DNA of 64,000 nt from an uncultured Acidobacteriota bacterium. GTDB lineage: Bacteria; Acidobacteriota; Thermoanaerobaculia; Multivoradales; JAHEKO01. Made by a program: the position numbers and the translations under genes. The stretch is from NCBI GenBank assembly GCA_963713825.1, contig CAVQNG010000003.1, positions 553,794 to 617,793 on the forward strand. Reading direction: 5' to 3'. Under the pieces are notes generated by a model. It had not been told where the DNA came from. It did not search any database and was given only the letters and a program-made list of their open reading frames with translations. This document shows, in pieces, positions 9,820-20,425 of this stretch (its first letter is position 1; every line of letters begins with the position of its first letter).

Positions 9820-9935
9820 CCGCCGGAGTCGGAGGCTGATTCAACCCCCAATGCCCAAGAGCCGGCTGGAGGTACGACGGACGGTCCAACCCCCAAGCCC
9901 CCAAAGAGCGCCCGGCGGTGAGCCGGGCGCCTCCT
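9820..9935. repeat. Composite GC-rich intergenic repeat (family member)
   Basis: CAACCCCCAAGCCCCCAAAGAG followed by CGGCGGTGAGCCGGGCGCCTC. The same pair occurs at 44507-44560 and 56795-56845. Confidence 0.7.
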
Positions 9936-9943
9936 CCCCCCGG

Positions 9944-12900
9944 TCAGGGATTCACGAGCTTCACCCAATTGCGCATTGCACCCAAACTGCAGCCGAACTT
10001 CTCGTGGCCTTTGCCCAGATGCTGCGCCTCGATGATCTGCTCGCAAGAGCAGCCCCCTGTGTCACCCACCGTGAAGAAATCGGTGGGGCCACTCTGGAGC
10101 CGCCTCTGGTTACCACGGCCACCGGGGGCCGTCGTATCGAACACCCCGTCCTCATCCACCAGCGCGTACCGATTGACTCCCAGACGATCCGTCGGTACCG
10201 ACTCCGGAATCACCGTCGCCGGACAGACATCCACGTCATCGGGCACCCCGTCGTTGTCAGCATCGCTGGCCACGAAGAGAACAAGCCCGTCGTGATCGGA
10301 TGAGCGCAGGGGCGTCGTGTCGTCGTTGATCAGATCGACGAAGGCGTCGGCGTTGCCACGACCGAACTCCAGACCAGCCAGGAAGTCGTCCAACCCTTCA
10401 CTCGTCAGCGCATGGTCGAGGGCTTGACCGTTCCCAGTGAAGATGTAGGAGTAACGTTCCGCCTGATCCAGTTTCGCTGTCTGATTCGTCAGATCGGGCT
10501 CCACCAGATCAGCGCATGGGTTCGTGTCGCAGACGAGATTGTCGGCTGGCTCGAAGTCACCCACGATCTGGCCGACTGCGTCGACGTACCCGTCGGTGAA
10601 TTCAAAAGCGTTGTAGTCACCGATCACCACCAGGTGCACTTCAGGGTTCGCCGACTGCAGGGCCTGGACCTTCTCGGCAATGGACTGGGCCTGTTCGTAG
10701 CGCTTCTGCCTTACCCTCTCGCCACCGCTTGGATCATCGATCCCACCCAGGGAACGATTGTGGACCGTCATGACCGCAATGGAGAACGACCCAAACTCGA
10801 GCTCGAAAGCACCCTCGAGTAGCAAAGGTGGACGATCGTGCAGTAGCGAGCCGTCATAACTCAAGATCTCGTCCTCGCCGAGTTGGGTGATCTGGTCAAT
10901 CGTCACTGTGTCACGCACCATGAAGCCGACATCGATGCCGCCAACGTCGTTGCCCTCGATCAGGATCGGCGTGTAGATCACAGACGAATCCTCGAAAGCG
11001 ATGTCCACGGCCAGGTCCTCGAGGACCTCGATTTTCTCCGCCTCCTGGACAGCCAAGACATCGGGGGCATCGAGAACGTCGAGGATGTAGTCGACAAACT
11101 TGGCCTTCCGTCCGAAGTACTCGGCATTGTCGAAGAAACGCAACATGTTCAAGCTGCCCACTGTAAATTCTCCTGCCGCGCGCGCTCTGACCGGGCGCAA
11201 CACATCCGGCACCGGCCCCACCGACATCATCTTGGGTACAACCTTGTATCGACCGAAGGTGAAGTTCAGGGGGCCATAGCCCGAAATCGCCTGGCCGGCG
11301 AATACGGGGTCGGAGATGCCATCCAGGCCATCCGTGTCGACGTCGAAGACTTCGGGGTTTCCATCCCAGACGGGAAGATCTGATAGGCCCGGAAAGATGA
11401 TGCCGGGCTCTCGGAAGGGCCGCGGATTATCGACAACGAGACTGACCTCGCCGAACCGATTCGTCGGCCCTGAAGCGATGCCATCGAAGCTGACCAGCAT
11501 ACCCTCGAATCGCTCGAGATCCGGAACCGGAAACGGCTGGTCCGAAGGTGTCGTCGCATCGAACGGAGTTACTGTAGGCAGGGGTTCGCCGCCCCCCAGG
11601 ATGTCCACAGTTGGCGAGTCCGTGATCTCCGTCAGTTCGAAGTACTCCTGCACCCGCCCAATGACTCGTACGCGGTCTCCAATAGAGACCATTGGTGGGT
11701 CCACGCCCGTGTAGACGTAGATACCGTCCGAGGTATAGGGATCATCATCGCTGTCTGCGTCAGGTGTCTGCATGTAAAAGCTGCGAAAGGCCACTGCTGT
11801 GACCACGTTTTCGGTTGTCTTGACTTCCATGCCCTCATAGGGCGAGTAGAGGCCATCGCCCTGGATCTCCCAGATCTCCACCGTCGGGGGTCCCGGCGGT
11901 GGCTCGACTCCAGAGGTGACCATGAGGTTCTGAAAGGCGATGGCCTCCGAGCCACCATCGGTATTCGCCGTCAGGATCAGGGTGAGCGTTGAGCCGGTGC
12001 CCGTGAGCGGCGCGTAGAACGGGGCCATGTCATTGTTCAGCAGGTCTCCGTTCACCAGCATCGGGTCACTTAGGGTGACGATCGCACCGCCCTCCATCGT
12101 GTAGTCCTGCGAGGCATCCTCGTCGATCGAGCTCTGAAACGCCGTCTGTACCGCGCCACCGTCGATGCTGTAGCTCCAGTTAAAGAAATCATTCGCCGCC
12201 TCGAAGTCCCCCATCGCTCCCATGTCGATCGACAGCCCGAGATCCGACGCACCATAGATGTCGAAGACCCAGGTCGCAACTACGTCACGACCCGAGGTGT
12301 CGCCATTATTCGTGTCGACAATCCCGAAGAACTCGTCCGTATTCCCTGTCTTGATGATGCCGAGCGTATCCCCCGGGAAGGAGCCCGCAGAGTCGTCCAC
12401 CACCGCAAAAGGAATCGACGCCGATACTCCCCGCTGGAACTTGTTGAAACCATCCCCGGCAGAGGTGAACGGAATTGCCGGGTCGTCCGTAAACGACAAC
12501 AGGTTCTGCGACGCCGAGCTCACCATGTCAAAAGCGATGACTGTCGGTGGCGGTGGTGGCCCGACTCCCGCGGTGATGACGAGGTTCTGAAAGGCGATCG
12601 CCTCCGAGCCACCATCGGTGTTCGCCGTCAGGACCAACGTCAGCTGCGAACCGGTTCCCGAGAGAGCCGTGAAAAACGGGGTCAGGTTATTCGTCAGCAA
12701 CACCCCATTCATCAACATCGGATCACTTAGGGTGACGATCGCACCGCCCTCCATGGTGTAGTCCTGCGAGGCATCCTCGTCGATCGAGCTCTGAAACGCC
12801 GTCACTGCCGGACTGCCGTCGATGCTGTAGCTCCAGTTGAAGAAATCATTCGCCGCCTCGAAGTCCCCCATCGCTCCCATGTCGATCGACAGCCCGAGAT

Positions 12901-13936
12901 CCGACGCTCCACTGATATCGAAGACCCAGGTCGCAATTACGTCACGACCCGAGGTGTCGCCATTATTCGTGTCGACAATCCCGAAGAACTCGTCCGTATT
13001 ACCTGTCTTGATAATGCCCAGCGTATCCCCTGGGAAGGAGCCCGCAGAGTCGTCCACCACCGCAAAAGGAATCGACGCCGATACTCCCCGCTGGAACTTG
13101 TTGAAACCATCCCCGGCAGAGGTGAACGGAATCGCCGGGTCGTCCGTGAACGACAACAGGTTCTGCGACGTCGAGCCCACCATGTCGTAGGCAACCGCCA
13201 TCGGCACAGCAGTACTGACGATGAGGTTCTGGAAGGCGATCGCCTCCGAACCACCATCGGTGTTCGCCGTCAGGACCAACGTCAGCTGCGAACCGGTTCC
13301 CGAGAGAGCCGTGAAAAACGGGGTCAGGTTATTCGTCAGCAACACCCCATTCATCAACATCGGATCACTTAGGGTGACGATCGCACCGCCCTCCATGGTG
13401 TAGTCCTGCGAGGCATCCTCGTCGATCGAGCTCTGAAACGCCGTCACTGCCGGACTGCCGTCGATGCTGTAGCTCCAGTTGAAGAAATCATTCGCCGCCT
13501 CGAAGTCCCCCATCGCTCCCATGTCGATCGACAGCCCGAGATCCGACGCTCCACTGATATCGAAGACCCAGGTCGCAATTACGTCACGACCCGAGGTGTC
13601 GCCATTATTCGTGTCGACAATCCCGAAGAACTCGTCCGTATTACCTGTCTTGATAATGCCCAGCGTATCCCCTGGGAAGGAGCCCGCAGAGTCGTCCACC
13701 ACCGCAAAAGGAATCGACGCCGATACTCCCCGCTGGAACTTGTTGAAACCATCCCCGGCAGAGGTGAACGGAATCGCCGGGTCGTCCGTGAACGACAACA
13801 GGTTCTGCGACGTCGAGCCCACCATGTCGTAGGCAACGACCTGAGCCTCCGACGCGGTCGGTAGAGCCAGCAGTAATGCCATCAAGGCCAAGAACAGAGT
13901 GGAAACCGAAACAAACCTCGAGGTCTTTGCGAGCAT
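9944..13936 (-). CDS. Secreted extracellular nuclease, COG2374/ExeM-NucH-like. Order is signal peptide, 3 tandem ~214-aa domains of unknown function, OB-like module, EEP (endonuclease/exonuclease/phosphatase) domain and a Cys-containing C-terminal tail.
   Basis: Start MLAKTSRF... with GGAGGAG RBS. Signal peptide ...ALPTASEA. Three repeats each beginning AYDMVGSTSQNLLSFTDDPAIPF. COG2374-like block FRSFYMQTPDADSDDDPYTSDGIYVYTG...GDRVRVIGRVQEYFELTEI. EEP motifs FTVGSLNMLRFFD and DVLAVQEAE. Confidence 0.85.
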   Translation of the reverse strand: MLAKTSRFVSVSTLFLALMALLLALPTASEAQVVAYDMVGSTSQNLLSFTDDPAIPFTSAGDGFNKFQRGVSASIPFAVVDDSAGSFPGDTLGIIKTGNTDEFFGIVDTNNGDTSGRDVIATWVFDISGASDLGLSIDMGAMGDFEAANDFFNWSYSIDGSPAVTAFQSSIDEDASQDYTMEGGAIVTLSDPMLMNGVLLTNNLTPFFTALSGTGSQLTLVLTANTDGGSEAIAFQNLIVSTAVPMAVAYDMVGSTSQNLLSFTDDPAIPFTSAGDGFNKFQRGVSASIPFAVVDDSAGSFPGDTLGIIKTGNTDEFFGIVDTNNGDTSGRDVIATWVFDISGASDLGLSIDMGAMGDFEAANDFFNWSYSIDGSPAVTAFQSSIDEDASQDYTMEGGAIVTLSDPMLMNGVLLTNNLTPFFTALSGTGSQLTLVLTANTDGGSEAIAFQNLVITAGVGPPPPPTVIAFDMVSSASQNLLSFTDDPAIPFTSAGDGFNKFQRGVSASIPFAVVDDSAGSFPGDTLGIIKTGNTDEFFGIVDTNNGDTSGRDVVATWVFDIYGASDLGLSIDMGAMGDFEAANDFFNWSYSIDGGAVQTAFQSSIDEDASQDYTMEGGAIVTLSDPMLVNGDLLNNDMAPFYAPLTGTGSTLTLILTANTDGGSEAIAFQNLMVTSGVEPPPGPPTVEIWEIQGDGLYSPYEGMEVKTTENVVTAVAFRSFYMQTPDADSDDDPYTSDGIYVYTGVDPPMVSIGDRVRVIGRVQEYFELTEITDSPTVDILGGGEPLPTVTPFDATTPSDQPFPVPDLERFEGMLVSFDGIASGPTNRFGEVSLVVDNPRPFREPGIIFPGLSDLPVWDGNPEVFDVDTDGLDGISDPVFAGQAISGYGPLNFTFGRYKVVPKMMSVGPVPDVLRPVRARAAGEFTVGSLNMLRFFDNAEYFGRKAKFVDYILDVLDAPDVLAVQEAEKIEVLEDLAVDIAFEDSSVIYTPILIEGNDVGGIDVGFMVRDTVTIDQITQLGEDEILSYDGSLLHDRPPLLLEGAFELEFGSFSIAVMTVHNRSLGGIDDPSGGERVRQKRYEQAQSIAEKVQALQSANPEVHLVVIGDYNAFEFTDGYVDAVGQIVGDFEPADNLVCDTNPCADLVEPDLTNQTAKLDQAERYSYIFTGNGQALDHALTSEGLDDFLAGLEFGRGNADAFVDLINDDTTPLRSSDHDGLVLFVASDADNDGVPDDVDVCPATVIPESVPTDRLGVNRYALVDEDGVFDTTAPGGRGNQRRLQSGPTDFFTVGDTGGCSCEQIIEAQHLGKGHEKFGCSLGAMRNWVKLVNP
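11964..13848. repeat. Intragenic tandem triplication with a 642-bp period. Units 12581-13222 and 13223-13864 are ~99% identical; unit 11964-12580 is diverged.
   Basis: Identical antisense ORFs at 12837..13190 and 13479..13832 (offset 642). Direct alignment of 12581-13206 against 13223-13848 shows only a few mismatches. The third copy from ~11964 is about 85% similar. Confidence 0.9.
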
Positions 13937-14180
13937 CACCATTCTCCTCCCAGGCATGCAAATGGATGGATACCAGCCAGAGACACGCCTCCCGTGTACA
14001 TGTCCTCGTACCGGGTGGCCTCCATGCCTGTCTCCCTCCAGACATTGCTCACCTGCGCTGCGGGTGAGCGGATTCCAGGTGTACTACTAACTTAGCCCAC
14101 CCAGCGAAGGAGTCAAGCAGGTATTGACACTTGTCTATGGGTCTTCCTCGCGTCGACACGCCGGCAAGGGAACACTCCCT

Positions 14181-14345
14181 CCCAATCGTCCAGAGGCGTG
14201 GGTCTTGGGGTTGAAGCGTCCGGTCGTCCCACCCGGCCGGTCCTTGAGGGCTTGAGGTTGAAGAGCCCGTCGTCCCTCCGGCCTACCTTTGAGGCAGTGG
14301 GTCTCCCTCCCGTTTTCCTAAGCCCTTAGGCCCCTACGCCCTTAT
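14181..14345. repeat. Composite GC-rich intergenic repeat, same module order as 63075..63252
   Basis: GGTTGAAGCGTCCGGTCGTCCCACCCGGCCGG, TGAGGGCTTGAGGTTGAAG, TTGAGGCAGTGGGTC and CCTAAGCCCTTAGGCCCCTACGCCCTTA. Confidence 0.75.
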
Positions 14346-14364
14346 TGCCTTCAGCGGTGCCAGA

Positions 14365-14546
14365 GGTTCGTCCCGGGGCCTCTCGACAAGCGCAGCGCAA
14401 GAGCCATGGCAATGCTAGACAGATCCGGTTCGCAGGTGGCGGCCCGCCCTTGAAGTAGGGGAGGGGCTTGCCCCCTCCCACTGGAGCCCTCAAGGGGCTC
14501 CCCTACATTGCCGACGCCGTCCCCCTGCGAGCCACCCGGACGGATC
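14365..14546 (+). mobile_element. MITE-like non-coding element with imperfect terminal inverted repeats (copy 1 of 3)
   Basis: Starts GGTTCGTCCCGGGG and ends GAGCCACCCGGACGGATC. Internal CTCGACAAGCGCAGCGCAAGAGCC, GCAGGTGGCGGCC and GCCGACGCCGTCCCCC are shared with 63253..63412 (same orientation) and 51899..52058 (reverse orientation). No ORF. Confidence 0.6.
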
Positions 14547-14631
14547 TCAATTCGAGAACGGCCCCGAGACACTGAATAAGAGAACGGCCGGCAGGGGCGC
14601 CGGCCGCTTGAGGATTCTCACGTATGTGATG

Positions 14632-14976
14632 TCAGTCGCTGGTGCCGCCCTCGAGGCGGTCGGCCTTGGCGGCCCAGACGAAGTCGCTTTCGGTCAGGCC
14701 GTCGATCTTGTGGGTCCAGATCTTCAAGCCTACCTTGCCCCAGGTCAGGAAGATCTCGGGGTGATGGTTCACCTCTTCCGCCAGCTCCCCGACCCGATTC
14801 GTAAAGGCGAGTGCTTCGACGAAGTTACCGAATCGATACTGCTTCTCGAGGTGATGGCTGTCCACCAATTTCCAGTCGTTCCCGAGCCGTTCGTAGAGAC
14901 CCGCCAGTTCTTCGCCTTCGAGAGGAGGTACGCCTCCCCTGCAAGGTACACAAATGCCATCCGCAAGCTCACTCAT
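14632..14976 (-). CDS. phhB: Pterin-4-alpha-carbinolamine dehydratase (PCD/DCoH)
   Basis: EEVNHHPEIFLTWGKVGLKIWTH matches the PCD signature [E]-x3-H-H-P...T-H. 114 aa. Confidence 0.85.
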   Translation of the reverse strand: MSELADGICVPCRGGVPPLEGEELAGLYERLGNDWKLVDSHHLEKQYRFGNFVEALAFTNRVGELAEEVNHHPEIFLTWGKVGLKIWTHKIDGLTESDFVWAAKADRLEGGTSD

Positions 14977-15023
14977 CCGCAGTCTCCTTCGGCTTGCCTT
15001 CGGTTCGCTGTCGCGTCACCGAT

Positions 15024-15752
15024 CTAGTTGCTGTCACTGTAGTTGACCATGGCCTGCGTCCCGTCGTCGGTAGCAGAGATGATCACCATTACCGTGCGAT
15101 CCTCAGTCTCTTGGGAAGCGATGACCTGGCCACCCTTGCCGTCGGGTCCCGAGTACTCGGTCTTCTGGACGCTCCACTCGTCGTCTTCGAGCTGCTCGAC
15201 GTAGAAAGCCAGCACGTCATCCACCGATTCCGAGGTGGTCAGTTGGAACGATCCACCCACGCCGTCGGGTGTCGACGCCGAGTAGGTGCCTGTCGTCGTG
15301 CCGCCGGGAAAGACCGGCACCCAATCCGGCAGGCTGTCCATGTCGGAGCTGCCGACTCGCATGGTCTCCCCACCATCCGTCGTCACTGTGAACAGACCCT
15401 CTTCGGGGTCGCCCGAGGCACTGAACTCCATCTCTCCCTCGTCCGTCTCGAAGCTCAGCTTGCCCTTTTCGATGTCGGCGTAGTTGACCGTGATGACCTC
15501 GCCACTGTCCTTCTCGCGAATCGTGATCGTGCCCGCATCCCGATCACTGTCCACGAGCTCGAGATCCGGGTTCATCTTGATCAACATCTCGGCCGCCGCC
15601 TCTGGATTCTCCTGAAAGTCCTCAGCGAAGTCACCGACCTTCTTGGCTACGAAGAAGCCGCTCACCGACACGATGATTGCACACACCACCAGCAGGCCAC
15701 CGCAGCCAATCGCCACCCAGGCCCACGGGCTCAGACCTTTCTTTTCGGTCAT
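15024..15752 (-). CDS. Membrane-anchored acidic periplasmic protein (single N-terminal TM); possible partner of the upstream ECF sigma
   Basis: Start MTEKKGLSPWAWVAIGCGGLLVVCAIIVSV (TM), then a D/E/T/G-rich soluble domain. Lies 137 nt downstream of the ECF sigma on the same strand. Confidence 0.6.
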   Translation of the reverse strand: MTEKKGLSPWAWVAIGCGGLLVVCAIIVSVSGFFVAKKVGDFAEDFQENPEAAAEMLIKMNPDLELVDSDRDAGTITIREKDSGEVITVNYADIEKGKLSFETDEGEMEFSASGDPEEGLFTVTTDGGETMRVGSSDMDSLPDWVPVFPGGTTTGTYSASTPDGVGGSFQLTTSESVDDVLAFYVEQLEDDEWSVQKTEYSGPDGKGGQVIASQETEDRTVMVIISATDDGTQAMVNYSDSN

Positions 15753-15889
15753 AGGATCTCCTTTCCGCGCTGTCTCTCGAACAGAGACAAAAACTACCAC
15801 AGCCCCGTCTCGGTCCCGCCTGACGGTGAACTGGGATCGGTGGAACCGCCAGAGGCAACTGGAGCCTTCAACCTGTCGAGGTCAGGCGG

Positions 15890-16690
15890 TCAGCCCGTCG
15901 ATACCTGGTCGAGGATCGACTTTCGAAGGGACTCCGGGAGTCGATCCAAGTCGAGCTGCCGACAGGCATCGAAGGTCAGGTCGAGCGTCGACATCACCGA
16001 CTTGCAGCGCGAGCAAAGCTCATCGGGAGGGACCGGAAACTCGACCCCTCGATCGAGGGCCTCTTGCTTGGCACTCAGAAGATCCAGGCAGACTTTCTGG
16101 GAGTGATCCGGTGGCGGTGCCGCCCGCTGGGGTAGCGAGTCGGCCAATTCCTTGCGCAGCGCCAAGCGGCCACGGTGAACCCTGGTCTTGACCGTCGCCT
16201 CTTTGAGACCCAGGATGTCGGCGATCTGCGACAGAGACAACTCGGTGATGTCCTTGAGAAGCAGCGGTAGCCGCAGATGAATCGGCAGACTGGCAAGCGC
16301 CTCATCGACGCGCTCCTGAGCCTCCCTACGCAGCTGCTCATCGAGTTGGCTCTCCTCGGGAGAGGGTAGCGTCGCGACCATTGGCTGGCCCGAGGGCAAG
16401 AGCTCCGAGAGCGACTCGACCCTGGCCGGCTCGCCCGACCGCAGCCGATTGCGCCGCTGACAGATTCTCGCCGCGATCGTGTAGAGCCAGCTACTCGGCG
16501 CGGAGCGCCCTTCGAACTGATCCCATTTCCGGAAGGCCTGCAGGAAAGTCTCCTGCACCAGGTCCTCGGCTTCCTCGCTGTTGCCGCAGAGCTTCATCCC
16601 GAGGCCGTACATCCGCCCGCCCTCCTCATCCATGAGGCGTTCGAGAGCCAGATCGCGGGGCTCAGCAGCGAGTGAATCAGTATCCGTCAT
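15890..16690 (-). CDS. ECF-type sigma-70 factor with fused C-terminal Cys/His (zinc-finger, anti-sigma-like) extension. The track start at 16726 is a TTG inside the tRNA terminator; ATG at 16690 is preferred.
   Basis: Sigma region 2 (LVQETFLQAFRKWDQFEGRSAPSSWLYTIAARICQRR) and region 4 (LSLSQIADILGLKEATVKTRVHRGRLALRKEL). About 90 extra C-terminal aa contain H...C...CSRC...C. Confidence 0.8.
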   Translation of the reverse strand: MTDTDSLAAEPRDLALERLMDEEGGRMYGLGMKLCGNSEEAEDLVQETFLQAFRKWDQFEGRSAPSSWLYTIAARICQRRNRLRSGEPARVESLSELLPSGQPMVATLPSPEESQLDEQLRREAQERVDEALASLPIHLRLPLLLKDITELSLSQIADILGLKEATVKTRVHRGRLALRKELADSLPQRAAPPPDHSQKVCLDLLSAKQEALDRGVEFPVPPDELCSRCKSVMSTLDLTFDACRQLDLDRLPESLRKSILDQVSTG

Positions 16691-16715
16691 GGGATTGGAA
16701 TCAGTCGGCCCAGGT

Positions 16716-16755
16716 CGAAAAAGCAACTGGCCGCCGGAGATAGCCCGGCGGCCAG
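16716..16755 (-). terminator. Rho-independent terminator downstream of tRNA-Asn
   Basis: Stem CTGGCCGCCGG / CCGGCGGCCAG (11 bp, loop AGATAGC) followed on the minus strand by TTGCTTTTTCG. Confidence 0.55.
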
Positions 16756-16765
16756 AAATTTGAAG

Positions 16766-16840
16766 TGGCTCCCCGGGAGGGAGTCGAACCCCCGACCAAT
16801 CGGTTAACAGCCGACCGCTCTACCACTGAGCTACCGAGGA
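16766..16840 (-). tRNA. tRNA-Asn (anticodon GTT), CCA encoded
   Basis: Manual fold: acceptor TCCTCGG/CCGGGGA, D-arm GCTCAGTGGTAGAGC, anticodon stem GTCGG/CCGAT with loop CTGTTAA, T-arm GGGGGTTCGACTCCCTC, 3' GCCA. Confidence 0.85.
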
Positions 16841-16932
16841 ATATGGGGCCTTTGAGAGGCCTTCAAAGGCGAGATATTAGGAGCCGAAGTCCTCTTTGTC
16901 AATCGCTGCCTGGTGCGCAATATCCAGTCGAA

Positions 16933-18648
<1,716 letters not shown>

Positions 18649-18652
18649 GATT

Positions 18653-20425
18653 TCATTCCTCCGGGCCGCGATGCAAGGCTCTACTGAGAGCAGTCTTCTC
18701 CTCGAGCAGGGTCCGCAGACGATCATCGTCACCGGCTCGTTGCGCTTCGGAGATCTCGCCCGAGAGAACTCGCAAGCGGTGCTGCACCCAACGCCGATTC
18801 AGCTGGCCCAATGCCACACCCAGGCCGTTCGCCCCTTCAGCGATCGAACCTTCTAGCAGAAGCCGAGCCACTTGGTCAACTTCTTCGCTGTCGAGGGGCA
18901 CGCTGGCCACGACCTCTTTCACTGCTGGCCGACGACCCTCTCCGTCCCTATATAGATCACAAAAAGTGCTGTAAATATTCCTGCAAGCAGGGATCAGGAA
19001 CGCCTCCGGAGGAGGTAAGTCGTCGAACGAAGGGAGCTCTTCGTCCCCAGCCAGTAGGAGTTGCAGCGTCTGTTCTTCCAGACTTCGCACCAACTTGGGG
19101 CTTTTCTGGACATCGTCGGACGGGGCCTTCGCGTCCAGGTCCGGCTTGCCGCCGACCCTGCGCCAGAGGATCTCGACTGGCACGCCGAGCCGTTCCGAGG
19201 CCTTTTGACTGTAGCTGTATCGCAGAATGCTGTCGCGAACCGACTGCAAAAGCTCGCTCACCTGCTTTCCTGCTTGGGCTTGCAGGCGGGGGTTCTGGTG
19301 AACGGCCGGCGGAATCAAGCGCTCGAGCTCCATCAGCACAGCATCCTCTGCCTCGGTCACCGCCCCGAGGACCGCTTCCGGTCCGTCCAAAGTGCGCAGA
19401 GAATCCGGATCCTGGTCTTGGCCAAACCGCGCACGCCTTACGGTCAGCCCCTGAGAAAGGAGGAGTGGAAGAACGCGTTGAAAAGCCTGCTCGCCCGCTT
19501 CGTCCCCGTCATAGCCCACCACCACCTCGCTGGCGAAGCGACTCAGCAGCCGCGCCTGATCTTCGGTGAGAGCCGTACCCATGGTAGCCACGGTGGCATC
19601 TACCCCGGAAGCCACGGCGCCCATGACATCAAAGTAGCCCTCGACTACCAGGGCCGTGCTGCTCTCCCGAATCGCCCTCTTCGCGAGGTCCAGCCCGTAC
19701 AAGACATATCCTTTGCGGAAGGCCGCGGTCTCGTGACTGTTGATGTACTTCGCCCGATCGTCGGCCAGAGTGCGCCCGCCAAATCCCAATAGCCGACCCG
19801 AAGCCGCCCGGATCGGGAACATCAGCCGCTGACGAAAGCGATCGTAGTACTTGCCGGATTTCTGCGAGATGCCGACCAGGCCCGCTGCCTTGAGGTCGGC
19901 CAGCGGAATCCGGGGATGCAGTGCTTCGAGAAGATGAGTCCACCCATCGGGCGCATAGCCGACACCGAAACGCTCCACCAGCTCCTGCGGCATCTGTCGC
20001 TTCTCGAGATAGGCCAGCGTTTCGGGCGACCGCTTCAAGGCGTCGATGAAGAACTGCGCGGCCGCCTCGAGTGCCGGCTCGAGATCCGGCTCCCGCGGGC
20101 CCCCTCTCTGCTGGCGCGGCGGCGGCAAAGGAACACCATAGCGACGAGCCAGCGTCTCGATGGCAGCGGGGAAGTCGTCGCCACTGAGTAGCATGTGGAG
20201 CTTGATGGCGTCACCACCACGGCCACAGCCGAAGCAATAGAACAGCCCCTGGACCGGGTCGACGCTGAACGAAGGGGTCTTCTCCCGATGCAACGGGCAA
20301 CGACCCATGTGCCGTCGCCCGCTCTTGCGGAGACGGGTGTGCTCGCCGGCGATATCGACGATATCCACCACGTCGCGCACCGCCTGCACGAACTGCGGCG
20401 TGAGTTGGATGTTGCTCAACGCCAT
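18653..20425 (-). CDS. dnaG: DNA primase
   Basis: Zinc-binding [13 protein letters not shown]...[11 protein letters not shown], then TOPRIM and C-terminal domains. Start abuts the mutS2 stop. Confidence 0.95.
   Translation of the reverse strand: MALSNIQLTPQFVQAVRDVVDIVDIAGEHTRLRKSGRRHMGRCPLHREKTPSFSVDPVQGLFYCFGCGRGGDAIKLHMLLSGDDFPAAIETLARRYGVPLPPPRQQRGGPREPDLEPALEAAAQFFIDALKRSPETLAYLEKRQMPQELVERFGVGYAPDGWTHLLEALHPRIPLADLKAAGLVGISQKSGKYYDRFRQRLMFPIRAASGRLLGFGGRTLADDRAKYINSHETAAFRKGYVLYGLDLAKRAIRESSTALVVEGYFDVMGAVASGVDATVATMGTALTEDQARLLSRFASEVVVGYDGDEAGEQAFQRVLPLLLSQGLTVRRARFGQDQDPDSLRTLDGPEAVLGAVTEAEDAVLMELERLIPPAVHQNPRLQAQAGKQVSELLQSVRDSILRYSYSQKASERLGVPVEILWRRVGGKPDLDAKAPSDDVQKSPKLVRSLEEQTLQLLLAGDEELPSFDDLPPPEAFLIPACRNIYSTFCDLYRDGEGRRPAVKEVVASVPLDSEEVDQVARLLLEGSIAEGANGLGVALGQLNRRWVQHRLRVLSGEISEAQRAGDDDRLRTLLEEKTALSRALHRGPEE

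Noticed and set aside
12837-13832. Two identical 117-aa plus-strand ORFs (12837..13190 and 13479..13832), and a 110-aa relative at 12258..12590
   Set aside because: They are antisense to the nuclease gene. Their identity reflects the 642-bp tandem duplication rather than duplicated genes.
11964-13864. Possible CRISPR array suggested by regularly spaced repeats
   Set aside because: Units are ~620-642 bp and protein-coding with no short repeat-spacer structure. No CRISPR-like array of 25-40-bp repeats exists anywhere in the window.
14811-16106. 431-aa plus-strand ORF spanning the phhB, membrane-protein and ECF-sigma region
   Set aside because: Antisense shadow ORF typical of high-GC DNA. The minus-strand genes carry clear family motifs.
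16727-16840. Genomic island or integrase next to tRNA-Asn, and likewise next to tRNA(CAT) at 28630
   Set aside because: The flanking genes are rpoD, an ECF sigma factor, slt and a COG1579 protein. There is no integrase, no direct repeat of the tRNA 3' end and no compositional shift.
16841-16932. Hairpin GCCTTTGAGAGGCCTTCAAAGGC between rpoD stop and tRNA-Asn as an rpoD terminator
   Set aside because: No T-run follows on the transcribed strand and the tRNA starts immediately. It is more likely a processing or structural element, or fortuitous.
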